Shown here: positions 25,929 through 38,939 of the stretch, piece after piece
Position numbering within the stretch: the stretch's first letter is position 1
Layout: each line of letters starts with the position of its first letter
Source of the DNA: Geosiphon pyriformis uo1
Lineage: Eukaryota > Fungi > Glomeromycota
NCBI GenBank assembly: GCA_016748015.1
Contig: JAAOMT010000372.1
Span: forward strand, 310,001 to 374,000
Direction: 5' to 3'
Length of the DNA: 64,000 bases
The notes under the pieces: generated by a model
The model's database searches: none
What the model saw: only the letters and a program-made list of their open reading frames with translations
Told to the model about the DNA's origin: nothing
Translations under genes and position numbers: made by a program

Positions 25929-26753
25929 TGTTACAAGTAATTATTTCTGCTGTGGAATTAAATAACAAACCTGTAACTTTGTGCTCAAAAGCTATCTTAA
26001 TGTGAATGTCGGTAATCTGAAGGTTTTCATATCTGAAGGGTTTTAGTGCAAGTCTTTTATATAATGGACAGAGATTTAATAGTGTTAATAATTAGTGTAT
26101 TTTTTCAATAGTTTTTCCCAATTTCTTTCTCAGTGTGATGGCTGGATTTAGTCTGATAGTCATGCTCTTTTGGTAAGCTATCCAATAATATATAAAAATC
26201 CTACCCTTATTTCTGGGTCTTTTACCAGACTATCCTTGACATCAATAACTTAGTGCTTAATCTTTTAATCAATTAGTATACAACAACAAAGAAAATAAAA
26301 TAAAAAAAATAAATAAAAAAAAACAGAAATAAAATAAGGAAATAAGCCAAAGCGATTTTGATTAGTATCCCGTCAATAGCTGTGATCAAGAGCTATTGTT
26401 CCAGTGTGGTTAAGTATTTGTTACTATCAACATGAAGTTAACAGTGGAAGACAAATTGAGGTATAGAAATAGTTATTTATTGATATTTGTGATGTGGAGA
26501 GTTGCTTAGATTAAATCTAAACTCAGATATCTGTCTTTTCAGCTTCTAACACTACTACTATATATACATAATTGAGATTTCTCAATTCCTCAATTCTTTA
26601 TGATAGGAATCCTGCAATTCCTTGTGTAAGAATCCTGTAATTCCTGGAATTCTGCAATTTCTGAGAGGAATCCTGAAATTCTCTATTTACTATGTCTACT
26701 TCTGATTGGCTAATACTTATGCTAATATATTTCCTATATTTCTATGAGTAACA
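25929..26753 (-). repeat. Family B solo LTR (divergent subfamily) inserted in ORF3 of C2
   Basis: TGTTAC...GTAACA, TSD ATAT/ATGT; C sequence rejoins across it. Confidence 0.88.
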
Positions 26754-29700
26754 ATGTCTTTTGTAGATAAGGTATATAATATTTGAAGCAAAATGAATTT
26801 TGTATTTAAAAGATTAAATCTTTGTATTAAAGTTTTGACTCTTTTAGCAATAGTTAAAACTCTTGGGACATCTAATTATATAATGCCCAAAATTTCTGTC
26901 TGTATCTCTAAAGTTGTTTTCTTCATGAGTTTTATATCCTCTATGATTTCTTTAAAGCAACCATAGAATTCTAATTGTTTTCCATATGACAAATTTTTGT
27001 TTATGAACAAGATTTCTTGGATTGTTTTCCCAATTGTATTAGAAAGTAAGAGTATAGCTGCTGTTATACTTTCTAACATATATTTATCCATTTTGCCACC
27101 AATTCTTTTTTTTTTGGTAGTGGTTTTTTTTGGTCTAATAACAGTATGTGTTCCATTATTATCAGTTATGGTGGTTTGTTTTCCAATGATCAAAATAGCA
27201 TTTGGATAATTTTTAATCTAATACTTATAAAGAGTATAGAAGATGTTTTGAATGTTTTAATCTAGAAAATAATTGTTTATGTCATTTAAAGATATCTTTG
27301 TTTTAAGAATAGTATATTTATTTATACTTGATTTTTGCTGATTATTTGGGTCAGTGTTACTACAACAGACAACCAATTAGATTGTTTATGATATTTCTTA
27401 AATTATATACTATAAACAGAACAATTATTGAAGATTGTTCTGAATTGATCTTAAAGAATATAAGAACTATTGTTCAAAACTTTGTTGACTATAAAGAGTT
27501 TTTTTTACTAACTAGAGAATTTATTATTATAAACATTGTCTTTGTCTGAATAGTATTCTAATATTAAGTTACTAACACTTAAAAAAAGTGTTTTATAGGT
27601 TTTCTTTTTCTTAAGCTTTACTTAGAACTGTTTTATCTTTTTAAAAGCAATTATTCATGCTTCTACCAAAGAGTTAAGAATGATACCAAGTCTTCTTTAC
27701 AAAATGTTTTTGTAGTTTTCTATTGTGATCTCTTCAAAAAATATTGTTTTAATATCAGTTTCTATTGGTAATGTTGTCATGTATTCATAGAGCAGATAAA
27801 AAGATTCATAACTTGTTATGTCATAAATTACAGTTTTATAAGCAAACAAAGCTGAAAGCAGTATTTTATCCCATAAGTTTGTTTCTTCACTGGTTTTGGT
27901 TAGGGTTTCACATAGTGTTCTATTAAAACATTCTACTAAGCCATTTGTTTAAGGATGATAAGAAGAAAAAAGTTTATAATATATTCCTATTTTTCTATAA
28001 AGTTCTTCAACCAGTGTACTAAGAAAAGCTCTTTCTTTATCAGATAAAAGTTCTTTGAAACAGTTATAACAGCAGATAATATCTTCATAAATAAAATTGG
28101 CTATTGAGACTGTTGTTTGGTTTGAAGTGGCTCTTGTTTCTATCTGCTTGTAAGATAGTTAGTAGCTGTAATAATATATCTGTTGCCATTAAGAGTTATT
28201 GTTAAAGATCTAACAACATCTATACCAATTCTGTCAAATAGTTGATTCACAAAGATTGGATAGATATCTTCTTTGTGATTGAATTTGCCTCTTTTTTAGC
28301 AGATGTCACAGGTTTTGATGTATTCAGCAATGTTTTTTCCCAAGATAAATTAATAATAGTAAACTAAAGTTTTCTGAATTGTTTTTGTTTTTCCAAAGTG
28401 TTTAGCCAATGGGTTAGTGTGTATGTTGTATATTACAATTTCTTTTTCTTCAAATCTGATAACTTTTTGGAGGTGGTCAGAATTTTTTCTGTTTCTTTTA
28501 TATAATTGGTTCTGGCAGATCAAATAGAAATTTGATTGTTTATGCAAATGTTCTCTTTGCTGTTGAGTGTATTCTGGTGGGTATTGTCTTTTACCTAAAA
28601 ATTTCATTAAGACAAAATAGTTGTCCAAATCTATTATTGTGTTTGTTAAAAGAGAAGTTACTAATAATTAAGATGAATTGGTTTAAGAAGCTTGTACTGT
28701 CACTAGATAATAAGTCTAGAGAGAGCATTAGTGTTTTGATAATTTGCTCCTTTGTGGTGTTAAATATCATAGTCAAATTCATCCAAATAAAATATTTAGT
28801 AGATTATTTATTTGTGTTCTAATTTCTTTTTATTGTACAGTCAAACCAAGACTTGATGATCTGTTACCACTAAAAATTTCACACCAAAAAGATATTAATC
28901 CCTGTAACTAGTAGTCCAAACTACTGCTAAACATTCTTGTTCAGTTACTAAATAGTTTTTTTCTGCTGGTATAAGGGATCTATTGGCATATGCTATAACA
29001 TGTTTTCTGCTATCTTTATTTTTTTGTAAGAGAACAGCACCAAGTCCATAGCCAGATGTATCAGTGTAAAGAATAAAAGATTGGTCCAGATTAGGTTGTT
29101 TAAGGATTGGTTTAGTAACAAGTTTTTCCTTCAGAATTTCAAAAGCTTTTTGTTAATGAGTGTTCCAATGGTAATTGACATTTTTTTTAAGTAGCTAATT
29201 GAAAAAAAAAGCAATTTTGGAGAAATTCTTGATAAATTTGTGATAGTAAAAAGCCAAACCAAGGAAAGAGCATAGTTTAGAAACATTTATTGGTTGTGTA
29301 ATGTTCTGGACTTTTTCAACCTTAGCTAGATCAGAAAAAATTCCATTTTTTGTAATAAGATAACCAAAAAACTGGGTGGATTGACATTCAAAAAAAGATT
29401 TGATTAAGTTTATCTTAAGGCCAACATTTTTGAGCAGATCAAAAACTTTTTGCAAGTGTTCAAGATGTTTATTTCAGGTTTTTAAGTATACCATTATGTC
29501 ATCTAAGTAGACCAGAACAAAGTTTTCTTTTACTAATTCAAACATTTTGTTCATTAAGTATTAAAAGGTGGAAAAGGCATTGGTAAGACCAAAAGACATG
29601 ACTGTAAATTCATAAATGCTATACTTGGTAATAAAAGCAGTTTTCTTTCTGCTTTCAGAATTCATTTTTACTTGCCAGAATTTAGCAGTTAAGTTAATGG

Positions 29701-30161
29701 TTAAAAAAAAAGCAGCATCATTGAATTTATCTAGTATTGCATCAATTTTTGGGAGTAGATATATGTTTCTTATAGTAATAACATTTAATTGGCAGTAATC
29801 AATAGAAAAGCATAGAATTTTATCTTTCTTAAATACCATTACAACTGGGAAAGCCCATTTACTCTTGGTTTTTTGTATGAATCCAAGATCTTTCATCCAG
29901 TTTATCTCTTTCTTAATGAACTTATTATTGTGTTAATTGGATTAATAAGACTTCAAATAAATAAGACAAGTTTTTTTTGTGGTGATAGTATGTTGTATTA
30001 TATGAGTTTGTTTAGGAATACAGTGAACTTTCTTTATAATAACATCTTTTGGTCAACACATTTGTGGTGACTATAGAGAGATGGGACTATAAAAAATGAT
30101 TAATATCTTATCACATAATCTATATATCACATACATAATATAATAACCAATTATATATATT

Positions 30162-31720
30162 TTATATAAAAAAGCTATCTATTTGCAACTGTTTTTTCTC
30201 TTCTTGAACTTTGAGAACAGTATTATAAATTAATGTTCTCAAAGTTTTAAAAAAGTCTGAATCAATTTTTTTATTATACTGCTCTTTATAATAGTGCAAT
30301 GTATTTTCAAGTGCAATTTTACCTTGATGTATAAATAGCAAAGGCAAAGATTTATCTTCATTTTTACTTTCTAAATCTTCATTTGTATTAGAATTTCCAC
30401 TATACTTGTTGTTAATAAGATCCACAATTTTATTCTCTAAGGCATAAGTGAATAATGGTTCAAACTTGTCAATATTAATAAAATCTATTACCAATAGCTT
30501 GTCAATATTAATGTGTTCAATAAGAACTTGTACTTTTTGTAGGAGTTCTTGTTTAATATCTAATAAATGGGCTGGCATTTAATTATTGTTCAGAATTCCC
30601 ATATGACACCAACAGTTTTGGATTATAGTTGTTGTTACTGCTGATTATGCATCAATTAAAAAGTCAATCGCATCCTTTAATGTTACTGTTAATATTGAAA
30701 TCTTGCCATCATACTGATTAATAAGATGGAAAAAAAACAACTTTCGGTATTGTGCCTTAAAGAATGCAATAATTCCTACATCTAATGGTTGCAAATGGGA
30801 TGTTGTATTGGATAATAGATATCTAATCATAATATTAAATAATACAGAAGATTTTCTATCATGGAGATTAGTATTATTAAGCAATAGCAAAATCTTTTTT
30901 TCTTGTGACATATTTTTTTATTTAATAAATTAAGCCATTCACTAAAAATATCAGTTTGCATCCATGCTTTTGTATTATAACAATAAGTGATTAGAAGTGC
31001 ATTTATATTAATATTGTGAAAACATCGTGGCTTTGCAGCTTTGCCAATAATTAAAGGCTGCAACTTGATGCTGCCTGTTGCATTACAAACAAGAAATATG
31101 GTAATTTGACTCTTATTACACTTGGTGCCAGAGATAGATCTTGTTGCCAAAGTTGCATTTGGTGGCATTCTAAAGAATAATGCTGTCTTATTGGCATTGT
31201 AAACATTATTTAGATCATATTCACTGATAATTTTACACAGTTTCTCTTATTCTTTTGGTAAAATTTCCAAAGGGATACTGTTTGCTTTGCCATGCATTTT
31301 AATATGGTGCAAATTATGACATTTTTTGAACTTTTCTAACCAACCATCTGATGCTTTAAAGTTATTTTCTTCCAGAAACTTTTCAGCAAACTTGAGAGCT
31401 TTTGTTTGTAAAATTTTTTTAGTAAGAATGCAGTTGGTAACTAGTGCTCCAAGCATTCATTCTCCCAGTGCATCATTTATCTTTGGAAACATCTCTTTTC
31501 TATTTTTTGTTAATTAACCAGAGTTGCCAAATACATTCTTTTCAATCAATTGGTCTGATTTTACAAGTATCTTTGTTATAGTAGAGTGGTCAACCTTTAG
31601 ATTAAATATTTCAATAAATCTATTTGCTGAGTAGTCAGGATATTCTAGTTTGTATTGGCAGAGAGCCTTTTTAGTTTCTAAGGAGATTGCTGCTTACTTT
31701 TGGTTTGCATTTTTTGGCAT
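30162..31720 (-). pseudogene. pogo transposase (CENP-B-type HTH plus DDE_1)
   Basis: FKASDGWLEKFKKCH, CNATGSIKLQPLIIGKAAKPRCF, KAWM, ILLLLNN, TTSHLQPLDVGII. Confidence 0.9.
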
Positions 31721-32109
31721 GTTAATAAGAACACACTTTTTACTGCATTTTGCTTTTATAATACATTGATATATCTGTTATGTCTTAAACGTTATTTTGC
31801 CTTATATTTAATTAGACATGTGAAGTATCTCATGTCATATGAGGTGCCTCAGATTATAAAAAGCAGCCAAATTATAAAAATGAAGGTTTTAATTCAACTG
31901 TAGAATTCTAAGTACAAATGACAGATTCTCAGTAAAAAGAAACCTAATTTTGATAATGCATCTGTGACACTTTTTACCTCCAACTGATAATCAATAATGA
32001 AGACTGTCAATTTGATCCTCCACATATTTGTATAATTGTGTAGAAGATAGCACAATGTTATGTTGTTAAGTTTTCCAAACACAGCAATGCCTATATCAAT
32101 TAGAATATC

Positions 32110-33080
32110 AATATAAAATACTTTGCACAATGTCAGAGATATTGGAGTAAAAGTCAACTGCAGTTTTTTAAAAAATGTCCTGATTATCATAAGTCATGGG
32201 ATTTGATATGTAATATATATAGGCATGCAATGACTTTTGAATTAATGTGGCCATATGTTGTTTCTAAAGAAAATCTATCTGTTGAAGGTTATTTAGAATG
32301 AGCCCAAAATGAAACAGATTCCATGTTTAGGTTAAAGTATAAACAAGTCTTTTTTTATTTACAAGCAATTATTAACTTTTGCACTGGAATTTGTTTTAAT
32401 AGATCTTTATTAAGACTCATGACTAGACGAATGTTTGTACCAATTTGGTCTGCTTGGTGCTATTCTATTTACCAATTAATTGAAATTGCTGATAAAGAAC
32501 AATGACTATAATTGAAGCCTAAAGTTTGCAAGCTAATTCAAGAAAAAATTGTAATTTCTCGATTTAAACTTTCAAATCAACATCAAAGCCATGATGCAAT
32601 ACTTGAAGAAATTAACAAAATGCTCAAATCATTGATTTCTTCTACATCTTCACAACGGCATTGAAAAATTGTAGTGCATAACTGTATCAAATTTGAGAGA
32701 TTGTGTACTAACCTCTTTAATGTCATCAGATATTCTAAAAGTGAAATATACAGGTCTTATACACATCCTAGCTTTATTGCTGAATCAAATTGATTTCAAG
32801 TTCAGATAAAAAAGACACAGTTTGTAAATCCAAATGTCTCTAATCATGTTTTTTGTGATATTGGCCATGAATAGATATTAAGCAAAGAAATGAAAAAATT
32901 TAGTAAAATTACACGGATGAAAAGAATAGACTTTTTTAAAGCAAGACAAATTAAGAAAATATTGTTAAGTACTTGAAAACCAATTCCAATAACAAGTGAA
33001 GAAGCAGATCATCAAAAAATGTAAATTTGTTAATAAAATCACAACTATTACTTATTATTAACTCTCTAATACCTTTTTTA
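32110..33080 (+). pseudogene. Captured fragment of an unrelated transposase-like (DUF6589-like) gene inside pogo
   Basis: One long frame with scattered stops: FAQCQRY...FKKCPDYHKSWD...YLQAIINF..GI..N...NQHQSHDAILEEINK. Family assignment is from motif resemblance only. Confidence 0.5.
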
Positions 33081-36000
33081 AGTGATCATGTTTTTGAAAC
33101 TTATCAAGTTAATTGTGTGACAGCCTAATAAATATCCTTTAAGAAGTTATAAATATATTGTATTGTGTACAGTTTTGTTTATCTTGAGTTGGATCCATTA
33201 CCATTTATAATTGGCATTTTTAAAACATGATATGTTAAGTCTAGGTCCGAATTTTCATTCTGCGTAATTATGTTTGGATTATGAAAAGCATTGAATATGG
33301 ATTTATTTGCCCCAAAAAAGTTGATTTTTAATACATCTTTAAAACTATCAGTCAAACTTTTGCTTGCTAATACTAAATATTGGTCAAATGATGAATATAA
33401 TTGCTAGTATAAAGCCTTTTTTTAATTGTGAATGCCAAAGTTGGCGTGAAAATGTATTTATTGGGTATATATCGGAATCTTCATGCTCTGAGTTTTATTA
33501 CTGGTCACATTTCTCTTCCTAAGGAATAGTAAATTCAAACTTCATTCCCAGTTGATTTGCTTAAGCAATATTCTATTAACAAACTTGTTCTTGGAGGATC
33601 TCATTGGGCCATTATTCTTGCTTGTTGATCTGTTAATTTTTTCTCCTAATACAGAGAAAAAGTAATTTTGTTAGCCAAAATTTGATCCAGAGTAACTTCA
33701 TTGATACCTGCAACAACAGTCTCCAAAGCACTACCAGCCTCTAAAGCACCACCAGTCTCTAAAGCACCAAGAACAGCAGTATTGTATCATATGTTAACTA
33801 TTATTAAAACTTTCATAATACCCACAAACAACAAGCCAGATATAATAGTTCCATCATTGTTTTTTAATGGTAGTGATAACTTATAAAGAAGAAGAGTAAT
33901 TGAATATTGTAATATTTCAAAAATTTTGTTTAGTGTTCTACAATTGTTTTTAGAAACTTCTCTAATTTTTTTTACTATCATAAAAAGAATGAATTCTATT
34001 GACAAATCAGAAAATCTCTTTGACTGTATATGTCTAATTAAATATAAGATAACATCTAATGTTCATATCTAATATTATATGATTATAGTGTGACTATAGA
34101 GAGTGGAAATTACTTATATTCTGCTATCATATTTGTGGAGATAGGGACTATAAGAAGATATATATAGTAAAAGTGACTATAAGAAGATAATATTATATAT
34201 AAATGATTTTGGTTTTTAAAAAAATGTGATTATAAAAAGATAATAACTATAATCAGAGGGACTATAAAAAGAATTCACTATATTATTATTTTTTGAGATA
34301 ACTGGGCTATTTCTAGCCAACAAATTTTTAATGTCCACTTTTCTTTCTTTAGGAGAAGGTTCTTTTTATTCTACAATTAGTGATTAAATTTTAGGTAGTT
34401 TCCTCAAAGAATTTCTGTATTTTTTTTAGTTTTTTCTAAGTATTAAACTAATTGGCTCTCAATCTTTATAATAGATTAGGCAGAACTTGTATTTATTATT
34501 AGGGGAATACAAAGGTTTATTACATTAGCACTTGGCACAAGAGTCATATCACCAATAACTGTATTTTGCTTTTTTGCCAGATTTTCTATCAAAGATTCTT
34601 CTAAGGATATTATAGTAGAACCAGCAAATTAGCTTGCTATTTATTATAATTTCTTCTTTGTTAGCTTTAATATTGTCCAGTAGCTTGCCATTGCTGATGA
34701 AGATAGTATAAATAAGTTCAGCAGTTTCTTTTTGTTCTTCTTAATTTTCTTTTTATTGCTTTTATTATTATCTAATTCATCTGATTGTTTTTCTTCTTAG
34801 TTTTGCTTGGATACTGGAGGGGTTGTCCAATGATAGCATTTAACCACAATGGGCTTTTCACTACATCTGATGGTCAGTTTACAAAGTTTATAGTCAAGAA
34901 AGACTTTTACTTTCTTAAGCCATTTATTGCCAATAATTATTGTGTATTTCTTGGCTTTAGATACCTCCATGTTAGTTTCAATGCTAATATCATTAATACA
35001 AACAAGAATAGCTTTGGCTATACTCAGATTTTTCTTTTTGTCATCATGTACATTGGTTATTGGTTGAGTGAAGACTCATCAATTTTTCTGCCAATTGTTT
35101 TAAGAAAGTATTTGGCAATTACACTAACAGATAATCTACTGTCTAGAATTAAATCAATAAAGTAACTAGCCACTTGGACTTAACAAATTAAAGAGATAAC
35201 ATTGCTGTTGTTAGCAAGTCTAGCTTGGTGGGGGTGTTTGTTGGTCTTTGGTGTTTTTTTCTTTGGTATCAATAATTTGTGAAGATTTTTTCTAAACTGT
35301 GAATGAGTTATTAGTTGGCCAAATGTAATGTGTGCTGGAGTTTTCATGAGATCTTTAACAACAAAATAGGGGCCAGATTTTTGTACTATTTCTAAAGATT
35401 CCAACTTTGAAAGATTTTTAAAAACTTTAATCTTTGATGGTTCATTGTTATTAGCAGTTGATTTGGATGTTTTGTTTGGATTTAAAACGAAATTAACCTT
35501 GGCTTTCTTTTTCTTTCTTGTTAATTCAAAAATGTTAATTGCTAGTTCATTTATGTTATGGTTATCATTAGTTAGATTAAAAGCATAAAAGAGGTTTTTT
35601 TTTTATTGGCTTGCACTTTTACTCTTTGGAGATGCATTTATTAGTTTAAAGACTAATAATTAATAGCTTTAATTAAGGAATTCTTTCCAAAAAAATTCAT
35701 GTTGGCATAATTAGGTCACAATTTTGTTGTCTTTAATAAGGGGATTGTTGGAATTGATTAAAATAGGGTTCAATTCTGGGTCTTTGGAGTTGTTAATTAT
35801 TTTTGATTGCTTGGGCTAAGAGTTTTAGTAACTAAACAAGATTGGTTATAAGTTTATTTATCAACTGTTTATTTGGGTCTTAAGTTTGGACAACAAAGAA
35901 AATAGTGGCCATTTGAAAAGCAGAAGCCATAAAAAAAACAGGAGCAAAAACTGGAAGTATAGATTTTAAGTGTATTCTTTGATTGTTTTTTATTTTTTGG

Positions 36001-37824
36001 ACAAGTTTAATGGCTATATCTATTATAGGATTGTTTTTTAGGGCCAGAAAAGGCCAAAAAGCATATAAGAGATTAGTTCTTAATTCTTTTATAAAAGAGT
36101 AAATTTTCTGCTTTTCTGTCTAGTTTTTTCCAGAGTCTACCTGCTTGATTAGTTTTCTGATTGTTTTGGCATATTTAGTTACAATTTTACCAGAATTTTG
36201 GGTTTTTTTTTAATTTTATATGCCATTTTGAGATTAAAATGGGAGTTCTAAATTTAATTTCAAACCAAATTGTAAAAGAAATGATTTTTCTTCAGCATTT
36301 ATTAATGTTCATCTAATAATTTTTTGGTAAGTACTAGTATTGATTTCTTGTAAGAACCAAGTAGCAAGAGAGTCTTGAAAATAGTCACCAATAATTTGGA
36401 ACTTATACTCAGTATTGTATTAATTGGCAATAGCTGCTTTTTCAAAATCATCTAACCATTTAATTAGATTTTGTGTATCATTTCTGAATAAAGGTAATAA
36501 GGTATTGTTTCTTTACTCTAAAGTAGTTTGTATATCTTGGAAGACAGCCAAAATGTTTTGTTGTATAGGGTTATTAGCCATTGGTTTAAGAATAGCTGTT
36601 TGTATAGAATGTTTTGATTTGCTTAAGAAGAGATTAAAAACAGAAGCAGTTTAATAGCTTTTTTTTTTGTTTTAAAGAGAGTTTCAGCTAGTTAATGGGC
36701 AGCAATTTTAATGTGAATTTGGTGATTTAGATATTTAGAATCAGAAAGCTGTTGTTCAAAAGTTGTAGAATATAAAAGCTGATTAATGCTGTTATTTCTT
36801 TTTTCAAAGTTGTTTTTAAAATAAACTTAATCAAAATAATAAGTTGCATAGGCTGTGTAGATTTTAGCTAAATGTTTATTTAGGAACCAGTTCCAAAAGT
36901 CTTAGAATTGTTTACTAAATTGTTCTTTAATAAAGAAGCAAATCAAGCAGAAAAACAAAAAATTGAGTTCAATAAAGTCTAGATTGTTTTTATTGTATGC
37001 TTCAAAATATTCTTCTGATTGTTGTAGTAGATATGAATAATCATCTATATAATAAGAACAAAGTGAATTTTGACAACCTTACAAAAAACACCCCTTTTAT
37101 ATTATGAGTTAGAGTAACAAGTTAATAGATAGCAAGAAAGAACAGAATTATAGGGTAATAAAAATAATCAAAGAGAAAATTACAATAAGGGAACAAATTG
37201 AATATATAAAAATTCAATGTGTGTGATCAGTCTCATAAAAATTACAGTCACAAATCTTTTTTGGAAATTTGAAGATAAAGGAATAGTTTATAATTGTTAA
37301 TAAGATAATACTACTGCTATTATTTTATGCTTCAACTTAGCAATTCTTAGAATTAATAACAGATATTATTGTGCTTTTTAATTGTTTCTTTATTTAATAA
37401 ATTACAAGAGCAAACAATTGCTTCTCAGACTAATTCTAACAAATACAAATCAAGAAGAGGAAAAAATAAGATATGTAAATGCCAACAAATAATCTTTTAT
37501 CCCAAAATGTTTAGATACTTAAAAATAAAAAATAAAAATAAGCAATATAAAAAAATGTAATTAATAGTGTGTTTTATTTTGTTACTTTGATTATGTTTTT
37601 CTATAATTAAGAAATTCATTACTTATATAGCTATTGAAAGTAATTAACAACTAGGTTAATAATTAAATTATTAATCAGATTAATAATTAGGTCAATAATT
37701 AGGTTAACAATCAAGTCATTGATCAGATCAATAATCACTATTTAAAAATAGGATGGCTAATTATGTGATATCAGTGACTAATACATGTAATAATTAATAA
37801 AAAGTATGAGTTTCAATCATAACA

Positions 37825-38780
37825 ATATTAAAAAAAGAATTAGTTTCTACTAAAAAATTTTTATTTAAGATCTTATTTAAAACTGCAAAAAAATTTGGTA
37901 TAATAATAGGAAATATAAACAATTACTGTTGTTTTTTTGATTTTTTGGTCTTTTTGGCTATTTGCAAAAAGATAATAATAATGTTAATAATAAAAACAAA
38001 AAAAAACAATTTATTAACTAATTTATTATTAAAAACTTTAAGATTTTTAAAAGAAATAAAATTAATCCAAATATGTTTTTTAAAGAAAACTTTGACTGAA
38101 AAAAACCACTAGCCAAAGGTAAAAAAAATAATATTTAAAATTTTTTATTTTTTGTTTTGATTGTAGTCATAAAAATAGAAAAAAAAGTGTTTTTTTAAGT
38201 ATTTTAAATAATAAATAATTATTATGTAAAATAGATAAAAATACAAATTAATTTGTAATTTATAAAAAACATTTTTATAAAAAAGTAGTTTTTAATTATA
38301 TTTTTTTTATTAAATAAATTGTGTAATTAGTTTTCAAAGTTTAATAAAATTATATTTATTTTAAAACTTTTATTATTAATTATTTAATTATTTGTTTTGT
38401 GTTATTTATTATATTGTATTAATTTAAATTATTATTGCTTTATTTATTTTTTATATTTTTATTAATTATTAACTTATTTTGTTTTGTTTTTTTACTATTT
38501 AAAAAGTTCAGTTATCAACTTTTCAAACTTTAATTAATTTAAAACTATTACTTAATCTAAATATTCTTTGGCCACTTAAGTTTTAGTTAACAGATATTAC
38601 TTTATTAAACAATAAAAAAAACAAAAACAAAAGCAAAAACAAATTAATTTTAATAATATAAAGAATAGAAAGGCTAATTATATAATATTATTTGGTTAAT
38701 ATATATAATAATTAATGAAGCTAAAAGAAGTCAATATTAATTTCATTAAGTACTTTGATTTTAGAATTTAAGTGGCTAAT
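37825..38780. repeat. Extremely AT-rich degenerate repeat relic
   Basis: Part of it resembles the reverse complement of ~61650-61870. Confidence 0.45.
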
Positions 38781-38939
38781 TCATAATTAAATAATATCAA
38801 ATCTTTTCTGCCCCGTGGCGTTTGAATATTAATACCCCAACAGGGATACACGTCATTTAAGAGTTCTTGAAAATTCTACCATCCGTCTTCGTATTTTTAT
38901 AATCTTTTTTTGATAAATAAAACTAAAAGATTTCAGACA

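Larger units (their letters stand above)
30021..34280 (-). mobile_element. pogo/Tigger-like Tc1-mariner DNA transposon with cargo
   Basis: Terminal inverted repeats (TIRs) CAGTGAACTTTCTTTATA / TATAAAAAGAATTCACTA; TA duplication (30019-20, 34281-82); subterminal G(T/G)GACTATA repeats; C2 RT sequence rejoins across it. Confidence 0.9.
25144..37824 (-). mobile_element. Family C copy C2, containing a family B solo LTR and a pogo transposon
   Basis: 3' LTR 25144-25825, 5' LTR ~37100-37824, eroded PBS ~37077-37093; gag/PR/RT/RH/IN/ORF3 remnants on the minus strand; the most degraded C copy. Confidence 0.9.
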
